Shown here piece after piece: positions 52,185 to 62,420 of a stretch of DNA of 64,000 nucleotides. Below the pieces are notes generated by a model that saw nothing but the letters and a program-made list of their open reading frames with translations, did no database searches and had not been told where the DNA came from. Every line of letters begins with the position of its first letter. Position 1 is the stretch's first letter. Both the position numbers and the translations under genes were made by a program. This DNA comes from a bacterium. GTDB taxonomy: Bacteria > UBA8248. The stretch is taken from assembly GCA_965221165.1 (NCBI GenBank), contig CBDCRP010000003.1, positions 1,600,001 through 1,664,000 of the forward strand, given 5' to 3'.

Positions 52185-52628
52185 TTGGAGAACCAAAACG
52201 TACAGAGGAGAATGAAAGTGACCGGGGCTAGGCGTTGTAAACGAAGTTCGGGGAGCATGGCGGCGGTGTTCGTGACAGCCGCGTTTGTGTTGGCGCTCGC
52301 CACGGACGCGGCGGGAGGCGAAACAACCATTGGGAGGTGGTGTGATCGGATGATTCCCAACATGTCCAAATACAATCGAACCATGGCCATCGTTAATACC
52401 AATGATGGCAAGATCGTGCTCAAGTCGAAATTCAAAGATGGCTCCTCAAGGATGAACGAGTTACGGGAAGCAGCGGGTAGCATCTACGAGAAGATTGGAA
52501 GTAGCTCTGGGGACAAGTACAGGATCGTTCCAAACACGGGGGACCTCCAATTGCTAGATAACGATGGTTTGGTCAGGGTTGCTACTCGTTTGGAGAACAC
52601 TCCCAAAAGTAACGAATGCTCACACTAG
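52185..52628 (+). CDS. Hypothetical secreted protein (lower GC; start uncertain)
   Basis: Hydrophobic signal-like segment followed by a beta-rich domain with a Cys pair. Confidence 0.5.
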   Translation: MENQNVQRRMKVTGARRCKRSSGSMAAVFVTAAFVLALATDAAGGETTIGRWCDRMIPNMSKYNRTMAIVNTNDGKIVLKSKFKDGSSRMNELREAAGSIYEKIGSSSGDKYRIVPNTGDLQLLDNDGLVRVATRLENTPKSNECSH

Positions 52629-52704
52629 CCACGCATCGTTGATACTTTAAGTGGCTCGCATCCAATCCTCTCTCCTAAGTCCTATGGAAAATAAAATATA
52701 GACC

Positions 52705-53562
52705 TCACGCCCCCATCACCAGCGCAAGCTCACGCACCAGCTTGGCGGCGGTTATGGCGCTCGCGCCTGAGGGGTCCCATTCGGGGGCGAGTTCCACCAC
52801 GTCGGCGCCGATGATGCGCGCGCCCGAAGCGTTCAGGACAGAAATGCAATCCATGAGGGCATCGAAGCCGGGGCCACCCGGCTCGGGACTGCCGGTTCCG
52901 GGCATCTCGCCTGGGTTCACGACGTCCACGTCGAGGGTGAGGTATATGGCCCTATCGCCCACCTCATCCAAAGCCGTTTCGACGGCCTCGGGACACAGGG
53001 GACTCAAGTTATCGTTCGCCCGCATCCATTCGAACTCCTCCCTGGCGCCGGAGCGGATGCCGAACTGATGCAGCGGCCCGATTCCCTTGAGTTCCAGAAT
53101 GCGCCGCATCACGCAGGCGTGCGAGAGTTTTTCTCCCAGGTAGTCATCGCGCAAATCCGCGTGCGCGTCCCACTGGAACACGGCCAGACCGGGGAAAGAC
53201 TCTAGCGCCGCCTCCACAAGGGGCAGGCTTACCAGATGCTCACCGCCCAGGAATATGGGGCGCTTGCCGGCACGGAATATCTCAGCCGCTTGGGTCGTGA
53301 TGGAATCGAGAACGGCTCCGGTTTCATCGGAGGCGAAATCGACATCGCCCAAGTCGCACAGGGCGGCGTCTTCCAGATCCTTATCGAGATGAGGGCTGAA
53401 AGTTTCCAGGCAATCAGACGCTTCGCGTATTGCCTGAGGCCCTGAGCGCGCGCCTCGCCTGAAGCTCGCCGTCTTATCGAAGGGGCAACCCAGGAGAACG
53501 GTGCGTGCAGGTTCAAACACGCTTTCGGCGCACAAAAAGCGCGGCCGGGCCGCCCGGCGCAT
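52705..53562 (-). CDS. speB: Agmatinase / aminopropylagmatine ureohydrolase
   Basis: GGEH, DAHADL, LDVDV.NP and GTGSPEPGG. Confidence 0.92.
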   Translation of the reverse strand: MRRAARPRFLCAESVFEPARTVLLGCPFDKTASFRRGARSGPQAIREASDCLETFSPHLDKDLEDAALCDLGDVDFASDETGAVLDSITTQAAEIFRAGKRPIFLGGEHLVSLPLVEAALESFPGLAVFQWDAHADLRDDYLGEKLSHACVMRRILELKGIGPLHQFGIRSGAREEFEWMRANDNLSPLCPEAVETALDEVGDRAIYLTLDVDVVNPGEMPGTGSPEPGGPGFDALMDCISVLNASGARIIGADVVELAPEWDPSGASAITAAKLVRELALVMGA

Positions 53563-54443
53563 CAGCCTAGAATCTCCGCCACGTAGGGCGGGTGTACGAA
53601 TGCGGCCGCATGGACCGCAGGGGAGTAATAGTGGGTCTTTACGCCTGCGGGCAGTGCTCTGGGCTTCGCGTGAGAAAGAGCTTTTCTGGATTTCGGCGCG
53701 AGCGCGAACGACCAGATACCCCCCGGATACGTCGGCACGTTCGCCAGATAAGTCGACGCGCCCGGGAATACCCGCCGGATGCGCCTCGTGATCCTTCGCA
53801 TCCTGCCGCCCTCGAACACGGGGCCCTGCGTCTGCGCGGCGTACAGGCCGCCCGGCGCGAGAGCGCGCTTCGCCGCCCGGAAAAAGGAGGTTTTAGTCAG
53901 CGGACTCGCCATGGCGACCGGGTCCGTGGAATCTACAAGGATGACGTCGAACGCATATTCGCGGCCCTCGATGAACTTCACCCCGTCCTCGATTCTTATC
54001 TCCACCCGGGGGTCGTCCAACTTTCCGGCGATTCCCGGCAGGAACTCGCGGCAGCAATCCACCACCATCCCGTCGATCTCGACGAGCGTGACGCGCTCGA
54101 CCGTCTCGTGCCTCAGCGCTTCTTGCACGCAGCCGCCGTCCCCGCCGCCGACCACGAGCACGGTCCTGGGTTCTGCGTGCGCGCACAAGGGCACGTGCGC
54201 GAGCATCTCGTGGTAGATGAACTCATCGCGCTCGGTGGTCTGGATGACGCCGTCGAGCAGGAGGACGCGCCCGAAATCTTCCGTCTCCACCACGGTGATT
54301 TCCTGAAACGCGCTTTGGGCGGAATAGAGCGTCCGCAGCACCTTCATCGTGAGGCCGGTGCCCGGGCCGTGGTATTCGGTGAACCAGGTGGCCGGCTTAC
54401 CGGGCGGGATCTCGGGCATGAAGGGGGCGCGCGTCAGTTCCAA
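53562..54443 (-). CDS. speE: Spermidine synthase / polyamine aminopropyltransferase
   Basis: LDGVIQ, YHEM, GGGDGG, EID and DSTDP. Confidence 0.93.
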   Translation of the reverse strand: MELTRAPFMPEIPPGKPATWFTEYHGPGTGLTMKVLRTLYSAQSAFQEITVVETEDFGRVLLLDGVIQTTERDEFIYHEMLAHVPLCAHAEPRTVLVVGGGDGGCVQEALRHETVERVTLVEIDGMVVDCCREFLPGIAGKLDDPRVEIRIEDGVKFIEGREYAFDVILVDSTDPVAMASPLTKTSFFRAAKRALAPGGLYAAQTQGPVFEGGRMRRITRRIRRVFPGASTYLANVPTYPGGIWSFALAPKSRKALSHAKPRALPAGVKTHYYSPAVHAAAFVHPPYVAEILG

Positions 54444-54901
54444 AGGATGACTCCCGCGAAGGCGGCGCCCGTTTTCTTAACGACGTGCTCGGCGGCTACG
54501 CTCCTGATCTCCCGGATGGGCTTTCCGCGATGCGCCATGCCGGCCTCCGCCATGCGCCGGGCTTGTTCTTCCACCTGCGCGCGGGGGGCGTGGTCTTGAT
54601 GCTCCATGATGAGGCCGCAGTGCGTCTCGTCCTCGGGGATGGCGATCGCCACCGCCGCGGTGATCACCTCGCCCGGTATGGTGGATGTCACGGACGCATA
54701 GGCCGCCGGCGCCAGCGCGCCCTGGGGCAGCGGGGGAGGCTCAATCTCCTCGCATCCGGGCGGCAGGATGCTGCTCATGCGCACGAGGTTCGTGTCGCCC
54801 ACGCCTGAACTCAGAAGGGCCGCGTCGAAGGCGTTGAGCTCGCTCACGCCCTCGGCGCATCCGTGGGCCATGAAATACTTCGTCGGAGTGGGGACGATCA
54901 T
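54434..54901 (-). CDS. pdaD: Pyruvoyl-dependent arginine decarboxylase
   Basis: [21 protein letters not shown] cleavage motif. Confidence 0.88.
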   Translation of the reverse strand: MIVPTPTKYFMAHGCAEGVSELNAFDAALLSSGVGDTNLVRMSSILPPGCEEIEPPPLPQGALAPAAYASVTSTIPGEVITAAVAIAIPEDETHCGLIMEHQDHAPRAQVEEQARRMAEAGMAHRGKPIREIRSVAAEHVVKKTGAAFAGVILWN

Positions 54902-55344
54902 CGCTCGCGCCCCTCCCCGTTATTGATCGAGAGAGATGCCTCCCCTCCCCCGTTCGAGACGAACGGCGCGCTCAGGTGAGCCTCGCGCCCCTCGATGACG
55001 CCGCGCGGCACCTCTTTCGTCTCCACCCGCGTGGGCAGGAGATGCTCCGCGAGGTGGCGCACCGCCGCGTCGCAATCCACCTCGCCGCAGGAGAAATAAT
55101 CCACCGCCGCGTAGCCGTATTCTGGCCAGGTATGAACCGCGAGGTGGCTTTCCTCCACCACGACCACCCCGCTCACCCCGTGAGGGCTGAACATGTGGAA
55201 CACGCTCTGCACGACGGTGGCCCCGCTCAGTCGCGCGGCCTCGTTCATGAGCCGCTCGATCTGTTCCGGATCTTTCAGCGCACCGGATTCGCAATCATAG
55301 AATTCCGCCAGCAGGTGGTGACCCAGAGAATTCAACTTGCGCAT
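54898..55344 (-). CDS. speD: S-adenosylmethionine decarboxylase proenzyme
   Basis: [15 protein letters not shown] and [15 protein letters not shown]. Confidence 0.92.
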   Translation of the reverse strand: MRKLNSLGHHLLAEFYDCESGALKDPEQIERLMNEAARLSGATVVQSVFHMFSPHGVSGVVVVEESHLAVHTWPEYGYAAVDYFSCGEVDCDAAVRHLAEHLLPTRVETKEVPRGVIEGREAHLSAPFVSNGGGEASLSINNGEGRER

Positions 55345-55387
55345 CCTCCAAATATGAATCGACGAAGCATTCCATCAACTCCCGACG

Positions 55388-55987
55388 TCAGAAACTAGGC
55401 GGCGTGGACACCCACAGGAGCTTCGCGCGTTTCTTGTAGGGATTCGCCACCCGGTGGTTTCTGTCCGAGGCGAAATAAAACCACTCGCCCCTTTTCGCCG
55501 TGGCGCGTTTTTCCCCGTACGTCACCTGCACCTTGCCCTTCAACACGTAGCCGAACTCCTCGCCCGCGTGCGCGTCTTCATAAATCGACTCGCCCGGTTC
55601 CATCGTCACGAGGGCGGACTCCATATTGCGGTTCGCCGCCCCGGGCACCATGAGCTCGAAGGCCCGCACTTCGGGATAGGTCGCCGCGTTGCGCGAATCC
55701 CCCTCACCGAACACGATGCGCCCCTCCTGGCGGCCCTGGAAGAAGCGGACGATGTCGGTGTCGAGCGCTTCCAGGATTTCCAGCAGGCTCTCGAGCGAGG
55801 GTGAGGTCAAGTCGCGCTCGAGTTGGGAGATGAATCCCTTGGTCAGGTTCGAGCGATGGGCGAGTTCTTCCTGTGTCAAGCCGTGGGAGCGGCGCAGACC
55901 CCGGATGCGCGCGCCCACGCGCAAGAGGTTCTCGACGGAGCGGCTCATGCCGGTCCTGTTCGATTTCTCTTTCAGTTCCTGCGCCAT
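55388..55987 (-). CDS. XRE-HTH plus cupin transcriptional regulator (PuuR-like)
   Basis: LTQEELA..S.LTKGFISQLERD and HAGEEFGYVL; heads the polyamine operon. Confidence 0.85.
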   Translation of the reverse strand: MAQELKEKSNRTGMSRSVENLLRVGARIRGLRRSHGLTQEELAHRSNLTKGFISQLERDLTSPSLESLLEILEALDTDIVRFFQGRQEGRIVFGEGDSRNAATYPEVRAFELMVPGAANRNMESALVTMEPGESIYEDAHAGEEFGYVLKGKVQVTYGEKRATAKRGEWFYFASDRNHRVANPYKKRAKLLWVSTPPSF

Positions 55988-56376
55988 ATCACCGCCCGTC
56001 CAGCGTCCGGCCTCATAAAGGCCGGGACGAACCCATGACTCACCACACCCGGTGGATTCGGCCGCACGATTCCGTATTGTGTAGGGGGAGCCGGGCGGTC
56101 GAACCGGTTGTTTAGCAAAAGATGATTATAAAAATATGTTTCCTAAACAACAAGGAGAAAATATATATAGTTTTTGGACGCCTGTGTCAATAATTTCCCG
56201 CTGCACGAAACACAGGCACGCTCCCTCTTCACGCGGGTGAATCGGCGTCGCCCGCCCGGCCCTGAAACCTTCCTTTCGGATGACGATTTCCCGGAAATTT
56301 GTTATTTTAATGTCGGGCGTCTTGCGAGAGACTTACAACCCACCAACCCATCAATGCCGTCTTCATGGAGAGAAAA

Positions 56377-56634
56377 ATGGCAGCAAGCATCGAAGTCTAC
56401 ACCACCCAGCCCTGCACCTTCTGTCTGGCCGCGAAAAACCTCTTGAAAAAGCGGGGTCTCGAATGGACCGAGCACCTGGTGTTCGGCGGCACGCCCGAGT
56501 GGGACGCCATGATATCGCGCACCGGCGGCAAGTCGGTGCCCCAGATCGTCATCGACGACGAGGTCATCGGCGGCTTCCCGCAGCTCCAGGCCTACGACAA
56601 GGATGGAAGACTGAGCGAACTCGCAGAAGCGTAG
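56377..56634 (+). CDS. grxC: Glutaredoxin 3
   Basis: CTFC, SVPQI and IGG. Confidence 0.85.
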   Translation: MAASIEVYTTQPCTFCLAAKNLLKKRGLEWTEHLVFGGTPEWDAMISRTGGKSVPQIVIDDEVIGGFPQLQAYDKDGRLSELAEA

Positions 56635-56802
56635 AGCCTCCGGGGCCGTCCGCGTGAGAAAAGCGTGGGCGGCCCCCCTTTTTTCGCTTGCGCCGGGTGG
56701 AGCGGCGTTTCACCGAAATGCGAAAGAAGATACCCTGTCCACTCTCTGACATCACACACGACCGCCCCAAGGGCTGTGTCCACGAACCGGGAGGAAAACG
56801 CC

Positions 56803-58236
56803 ATGCCGCTCATGAGTCCCAGTGAATACAAACAAAGCCTGCGCGATGGCCGCGTGGTCTACTACCGGGGCGAGCGGGTGGAGGACGTCACCACGCATCC
56901 CGTCATCGGGGTCGCGGTCGATCACGCCGCCATCGACTACGAGATGGCCGAAGACGAGGCCGACAAGGAACTGGCCCTGGTCGATGGCCCGAACGGCCCC
57001 TACTCGCGCTACTACCACATCCCCGAATGCGCGGACGACCTCCTGAAAAGAAGCGCGCTCATCGAACGCGCCACGGCCCTGGGCGGCACCCTCGTCGTCC
57101 TGATCAAGGAAATAGGCACCGACGCGCTCTTCGCCCTGCGTCTCCTGGCCTCCTACATGGACAAGAACTCAGGCACGAGCTACCTCCCCCGCGTCCGGAA
57201 ATTCCACGAGCACTGCCGGGAGGGCGATCTCGCCGTCGCCGTCGCCCAGACGGACGTAAAAGGAGACAGGGGAAAAGGCCCCGGCGATCAGGCGCACCCT
57301 GATTATTACGTCCGCGTGGTGGCCCAGGACGATGAAGGCGTCACCCTGCGCGGAGCGAAGGTGCACACTTCCGTTTCCACCAACGCGCACGAGATAATCG
57401 TGCTGCCCACAAGGAACATGAGAGAGGGCGATGAGGCCTACGCGGTGGCCTGCGCCGTGCCGGCCAACGCGGCCGGCCTCACCATGCTGGCCAGCGGCTA
57501 CGGCGGCAGAAAAGGCACCGCCTTCGAAAACCCGATTTCCACCAAACACAAGATGATGGAGACCCTCACCATATTCGATAACGTGAAGGTCCCCTGGGAG
57601 CGCGTTTTCCTGAACGGCGAGGTGGATATGGCCGGGCCACTGGCGAAGACCTTTGTGGAGTTCCACCGCTTCACCGCCGTGAGCTACAAGCTGCCGCTCG
57701 TGGATTTGTTCGTGGGCGCGTCGCACCTGATGGCGGAGTACAACGGCATCCTGCGCGCGGGCCACGTGCGCGACAAGCTCGCCAAGCTCATCTCCTACGC
57801 GCAGATTTGCAGGGGCATGACGCGCGAGGCCGCCCGGGAATGCAAGGTGATGGACGGCGTCGCCGTGCCGAATGCAGAGATAATCAACATCGCGAAACTC
57901 CACTTCGCCACCGGCTACCACCAGGCCCTCGCGTGGGTGCAGGACATCGCGGGCGGACTGCTCGTAACGGGCCCGAGCGAGGAGGACCTGGACGACCCCA
58001 GACTCGCCGAACTCATCGACAAATACCTGGGCGCCGCCCCCGCAGCCTCTACCGAAGAGCGGCTCAGGCTCATGAACCTGATCGCGGAGATCACGGCGTC
58101 CGACTTCGCGGGCTATCAGGCCGTGCTGGCGATTCACGCGGAAGGCAGCATCGAGGCGGAGAAGATGACCATCTGGCGCGAGCATAACATCGGCCCCGCC
58201 ATCGATTACGCGAAACGCCTCGCCGGCATCGAATAA
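56803..58236 (+). CDS. 4-hydroxyphenylacetate 3-hydroxylase / 4-hydroxybutyryl-CoA dehydratase family flavoprotein
   Basis: SLRDGR.VYY.GE, QTDVKGDR, GAKVH, FDNV.VPWERVF and DIAGG. Confidence 0.82.
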   Translation: MPLMSPSEYKQSLRDGRVVYYRGERVEDVTTHPVIGVAVDHAAIDYEMAEDEADKELALVDGPNGPYSRYYHIPECADDLLKRSALIERATALGGTLVVLIKEIGTDALFALRLLASYMDKNSGTSYLPRVRKFHEHCREGDLAVAVAQTDVKGDRGKGPGDQAHPDYYVRVVAQDDEGVTLRGAKVHTSVSTNAHEIIVLPTRNMREGDEAYAVACAVPANAAGLTMLASGYGGRKGTAFENPISTKHKMMETLTIFDNVKVPWERVFLNGEVDMAGPLAKTFVEFHRFTAVSYKLPLVDLFVGASHLMAEYNGILRAGHVRDKLAKLISYAQICRGMTREAARECKVMDGVAVPNAEIINIAKLHFATGYHQALAWVQDIAGGLLVTGPSEEDLDDPRLAELIDKYLGAAPAASTEERLRLMNLIAEITASDFAGYQAVLAIHAEGSIEAEKMTIWREHNIGPAIDYAKRLAGIE

Positions 58237-58249
58237 GGAGATTATTGGG

Positions 58250-58957
58250 ATGAACCCGACCCAGGCGCTCGTCGCCATCTGGCTGAACGTAGCCCAAGAA
58301 AACCGCGAGGAATTCAGAAAGTGGCACAACTGCGAGCATTCCACGGACAGGATGGACGGCCCCGGCTTTCGCATCGGCTATCGCTACAACGCGATAGACG
58401 CCAGCGCGCACCACAACATTCTGTGCACCTTCGAGGGGGATACCCTCGCGGCGTTCGAGAGCGATTACTACCGCGAATCGAGGGACAACCCCTCCCCCTG
58501 GACCAAACAGTGCATGGCCTCCATCCGAAACGCCGAGCGCGCCGTCTACAGCCTGCAAGCCTCCATCGGCGAGCCGCACCGCTACGACGCTCCTTATCTC
58601 TACATGGTGAGCCCCAATCCCGACACCGAGGAGATGAAAGAGGAGATGCTCGCCTGGTACCGCGAAGAGCACCTGGATCGCCTCTATGAAGTCGAGGGCA
58701 TGACGCGCGGCCGCGTGTATCAACTCGAAACCGCCGCCACGGGCGGCGCCACGGCGGAGGCGGAAATCCAGGAGACACGGACGAGCGCGCGGCGCATCGT
58801 CGCGCTCTACGACATGGAAGACCCGACAATCCCGACAACGGACGCCTGGGAAGAAGCCGCCTACGGCACGCCCCGCAGCGCCGCGATAAGGCCCAATCTA
58901 GGGAACGCGGTGAGAGAGACGTGGTGGCTCGATTTTGTGAAGTGGAAGCGGGGGTGA
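58250..58957 (+). CDS. Hypothetical protein, tandem EthD/DUF4286-like
   Basis: WHNCEH..R...PGF and WYREEHL duplicated motif. Confidence 0.55.
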   Translation: MNPTQALVAIWLNVAQENREEFRKWHNCEHSTDRMDGPGFRIGYRYNAIDASAHHNILCTFEGDTLAAFESDYYRESRDNPSPWTKQCMASIRNAERAVYSLQASIGEPHRYDAPYLYMVSPNPDTEEMKEEMLAWYREEHLDRLYEVEGMTRGRVYQLETAATGGATAEAEIQETRTSARRIVALYDMEDPTIPTTDAWEEAAYGTPRSAAIRPNLGNAVRETWWLDFVKWKRG

Positions 58958-58965
58958 ACTTACGG

Positions 58966-60756
58966 ATGAGACTTTTCTTCGCGATGCTTTGTGTGTGGGT
59001 CGTGGTGTGGGTGGGCGCAACGTCCGTCATGGCGGCGAGAATTTCGTGTGATGACTGGAACACGGGAAAGTTCTTCCATCAAGCCAGCGCAACTGATGTT
59101 TCCCGATGCCTGAAAGCGGGAGCCAAGCCGAATGCACAAGATCAAGACGGGATGACACCCTTGCACAAAGCGGCGAAGGAGAAAACCCCGATCCTAGTGC
59201 CAGTGTTATTGAAGGCCGGGGCCGGTCCCAACGCGCGGAATAGATACGGATGGACACCCCTGCACTTGGCAACGGCCTGGAACAAAACCCCGGCGGTCGT
59301 GAGAGCCTTGCTGGACGCCGGGTCCGATCCGAACGCGCGGGATGCAGATGGGGAAACACCCCTGCACTGGGCGGCTGACTCCAGCAAAACCCCAGTGATT
59401 GTAAACATGCTGATCAGGGCCGGGGCCAAGGTGAACGCAAGGAACAAATACGGAAAGACGCCCCTGCAACTGGCGGTGGAAAACAAAGAACCAGCCGTCG
59501 TAAAGGTATTGCGCGATGCCGGGACTATCCCGGCGGCGAGAAACAAAGCGGGAAAAAAGCCGTGGAACCCAGCAAAAGAAAGCGTCGACTTGAGGGGAAG
59601 AAGCATCTTACCGAAATTCGGCCCTGTTTCCTGTAAAGACTGGAATGCGGAGAAGTTCTTCAAAAACGCCCGACCGGTAGATATTTCCCGCTGCTTGAAG
59701 GCTGGAGCGGACCCCAACGCGCGAAACAAATATGACATGTACGGATGGACTCCCCTGCACCGGGCAATGTGGGGGAGAGGAAACCCGACGGTCATAACAG
59801 ACCTCGTGAATGCCGGGGCCAAGGTGAACGCACGGGACAGATACGGAAGGACACCCCTGCACGCGATGGCGGGGCGGATCAGAAACCCGGCGATCGTGAC
59901 AACTCTGGTGAAGACTGGAGCCGACCCCAACGCAAGGGATGAAAAAGGGCTGACTCCTCTACACTATGCAACGGCGAAAAATACCCCGGCGGTCGTGGCC
60001 TCCTTGCTGAACGCCGGGGCCAACCCCAACGCAAGGGATGAAAATGAACGGACGCCTCTGCATGGACAGCTAATGGGTCACATCAGAAACTCGGCGGTCG
60101 TGGCAACCCTGGTAAAGGCGGGAGCCAAAGTGAATGCGCGGGATAAATATGGATTGACACCCTTGCACCTGGCGGTGAGGCGGACAGGAAACCTGGCAGT
60201 CATAACAGCTCTCGTGAATGCCGGAGCTAAGGTGAACGCACGGAACAAACACGGGCAGACGCCCCTACACGTGATGACGATGGGACCGCTCAGAAACCCC
60301 ACGATCGTGAAAACATTGGTAAAGGCTGGGGCCAATCCGAATACTCAGGATCAGTTCGGGAGCACTCCTCTGCACTGGGCGGCGGCGAGAAGCAATGCCT
60401 TGGCCATCGTAATGGCTCTGCTGAATGCTGGGGCCAAAGTGAACGCTCGCAGTCAATCTGATGGACAGACACCTCTGCACTGGGCGGCGGCGCATAGTGA
60501 AACTCCAGAGGTCATGGCCATCTTGATGAGGGCCGGGGCCAATCCAAACGCGCGGGATGTGAACGGAGCAACACCCCTGCACACGGCGACCGCCTATAGC
60601 AAAAACCCGGCGGTAGTGACGGTATTGCTGGATGCCGGGGCGGATCCGACAGCAAGAGACAAATCAGATAAAACGCCAGGGGATTATGCAGAAGAGAACC
60701 CCGCGCTCATGGGAACGGAGGTCTACCGGCGATTGAACGATGCGCGGTTCAAGTAG
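58966..60756 (+). CDS. Secreted ankyrin-repeat protein (about 13 repeats in two capped modules)
   Basis: Signal peptide; repeated G.TPLH.A...L..AGA.PNAR. Confidence 0.92.
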   Translation: MRLFFAMLCVWVVVWVGATSVMAARISCDDWNTGKFFHQASATDVSRCLKAGAKPNAQDQDGMTPLHKAAKEKTPILVPVLLKAGAGPNARNRYGWTPLHLATAWNKTPAVVRALLDAGSDPNARDADGETPLHWAADSSKTPVIVNMLIRAGAKVNARNKYGKTPLQLAVENKEPAVVKVLRDAGTIPAARNKAGKKPWNPAKESVDLRGRSILPKFGPVSCKDWNAEKFFKNARPVDISRCLKAGADPNARNKYDMYGWTPLHRAMWGRGNPTVITDLVNAGAKVNARDRYGRTPLHAMAGRIRNPAIVTTLVKTGADPNARDEKGLTPLHYATAKNTPAVVASLLNAGANPNARDENERTPLHGQLMGHIRNSAVVATLVKAGAKVNARDKYGLTPLHLAVRRTGNLAVITALVNAGAKVNARNKHGQTPLHVMTMGPLRNPTIVKTLVKAGANPNTQDQFGSTPLHWAAARSNALAIVMALLNAGAKVNARSQSDGQTPLHWAAAHSETPEVMAILMRAGANPNARDVNGATPLHTATAYSKNPAVVTVLLDAGADPTARDKSDKTPGDYAEENPALMGTEVYRRLNDARFK

Positions 60757-60772
60757 GGAGACGTAGGCTCTC

Positions 60773-60948
60773 GTTACTCCACCCTTGAGGGGGAGTCGCA
60801 GAAGCCGAGTCCCTGACGAAGGCTGATGCGGTGGGGGGCCTGATTCTAAAGTAAAAGCTCCCCCCCACCTGTGCGACTTCGGGCTCACCCTCGTCTTGCC
60901 GACATTCCCTCCCTTCTCGGTCGGAAATGACCTCAAGGGGGGAGTGAT
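60773..60948. repeat. Palindromic repeat element (TACTCCACCCTTGAGG...CCTCAAGGGGGGAGTGA)
   Basis: Imperfect terminal inverted repeats with internal GTGGGGGG/CCCCCCAC pair. Confidence 0.5.
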
Positions 60949-61012
60949 TATTCGCTACTCTTCAACAGGGACAGGTCGCGCTACGGTTTTCTCCATACTC
61001 TCCGAGAAAGGC

Positions 61013-61038
61013 GGGCGGACACATAGGTCCGCCCCTAC
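61013..61038 (-). repeat. GTAG-family REP palindrome
   Basis: GGGCGGACACATAGGTCCGCCCCTAC. Confidence 0.75.
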
Positions 61039-61052
61039 TTGGTCTCTCGCCC

Positions 61053-61124
61053 GTCATTCCGGCAATCCCTCCCTCCTCGGTCGGGAATGACACCGGAATG
61101 ACGGCGGTATAGTCTGTTGACACT
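61053..61124. repeat. GTCATTCC...GGAATGAC palindromic repeat, copy A
   Basis: Shares ATTCCGGCAAT...TCGG..TGACACCGG.ATGACGGCGGT..TGTTGACACT with copies at 62600 and 63517. Confidence 0.65.
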
Positions 61125-61271
61125 ACGAGATTGACAGTGCGTTCCTCATCCGCCTGGATTCCGGCATACTCAGGAATGACGAACAAGGCCTAATCTCAAA
61201 AACGCGGTAAGATAGACGTGGTGGCTGGAATTCATGAAACGGAAGCGAATCTGAAAAAAGCGGAAGCGGAG

Positions 61272-61877
61272 ATGATTCCATCGACCAAACTTTTCAGAGC
61301 GTTCCTTACAGGATTCTGCCTGTCACTCATGGCGTGGATGGGCGCGACTAACGCAATGGCGGCGGGGGTTTCGTGTGATGACTGGAATACAAAGGAGTTC
61401 TTCATGGGCGCTGATGAAACGGATATCTCCCGTTGCCTGAAGGCGGGAGCCGACCCTATTTCGCGGAGCATATTCAACGGAGACGCTCCCCTTCACGCCG
61501 CGGCGGCTTTCAGCAAGAATCCGGCGGTCGTGGCGGCGTTGATAAAAGCGGGGGCCGACCCGAACGCGCGGAATTTGTATAAAAGAACGACTCCCCTGCA
61601 CGCGGCCGCAGCGCTCGGCAAAACGCCGGCGATAGTGAAGGCGCTGGTGAAAGCCGGAGCCAATCCGAACGCGCGGGACAAATACAAACAAACGCCCCTG
61701 CACACGGCGGCGCTGGAGGGCAAGACTCCGGCGGTCGTGGAGGCCCTGCTGGATGCAGGAGCAAATCCATCGGCAAGAAACAAATCCGGTAAAACGCCTT
61801 GGGATTATGCGAACGAGAACGACGTGCTCAAGGGCACGGAGGTCTATCTGCGGCTGAATGAGGCGCGGTTCAAGTAG
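61272..61877 (+). CDS. Secreted ankyrin-repeat protein (3 repeats), paralog of 58966..60756
   Basis: Same N-cap CDDWNT..FF...SRCLKAGA and C-cap GTEVY.RLN.ARFK. Confidence 0.9.
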   Translation: MIPSTKLFRAFLTGFCLSLMAWMGATNAMAAGVSCDDWNTKEFFMGADETDISRCLKAGADPISRSIFNGDAPLHAAAAFSKNPAVVAALIKAGADPNARNLYKRTTPLHAAAALGKTPAIVKALVKAGANPNARDKYKQTPLHTAALEGKTPAVVEALLDAGANPSARNKSGKTPWDYANENDVLKGTEVYLRLNEARFK

Positions 61878-61973
61878 GGAATCGAACAATGGAAACCCTT
61901 ACCACCATCTCTATAAAAACGCTCTCTGCCCTATCCTAATAGCTAGCTTGAAAACTAGCCTTGAGCCGAGGCC

Positions 61974-62075
61974 TTACCTCTTCTTCGGTGGAGGGGCCGG
62001 GGGAGGCGGTGGCTTGGTGGCGACCGGGGGTTCCTTTCCGGCTCTGCTCGGGGGTGGGTTTTGCTCTTTCGCCAT
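61974..62075 (-). CDS. 33-aa proline-rich micro-protein MAKEQNPPPSRAGKEPPVATKPPPPPAPPPKKR
   Basis: GGAG RBS 6 nt upstream of ATG; TAA stop; below ORF-track cutoff. Confidence 0.4.
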   Translation of the reverse strand: MAKEQNPPPSRAGKEPPVATKPPPPPAPPPKKR

Positions 62076-62218
62076 GAGTAGCTCCATAGGTTAGGCAACT
62101 CAAAAAAGAGCGGAACGCATTGCGCGTATCCGGCGTCTTTCTAATCGTGTATTCTACCATCCACCATTGCAACCGCAATCATCGCGACGATGCATCGCCG
62201 ACACCGAGAGAACCAACC

Positions 62219-62420
62219 ATGCCACTCACGCGGGATTTCAGGGAAACGATTCAGGCAAGGGTCGAGCGCCTGCTTTCGGGCGAGGTGGAAGTCGGCAAGG
62301 CGGTGCTGCGCGATTTCATCAACGCGACGGTCGGCTTTCATCAATCGTAGCAATCGCTCCTTCATCAGTCGCGATTGACCTCACCGGAAAATCGCCAAAA
62401 AGCCTCATGCGCATGTTCGG
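62219..62420 (+). pseudogene. Degraded HTH antitoxin/transcriptional regulator
   Basis: MPLTRDFRETIQARV...GKAVLRDFINATVGF, then stop/frameshift, then TGKSPKSLMRMFG in another frame. Confidence 0.6.

Noticed and set aside
59100-60700. About 100-bp periodic repeats as a CRISPR array or DGR
   Set aside because: They are in-frame ankyrin coding repeats; no constant repeat/unique spacer pattern, cas genes or reverse transcriptase.
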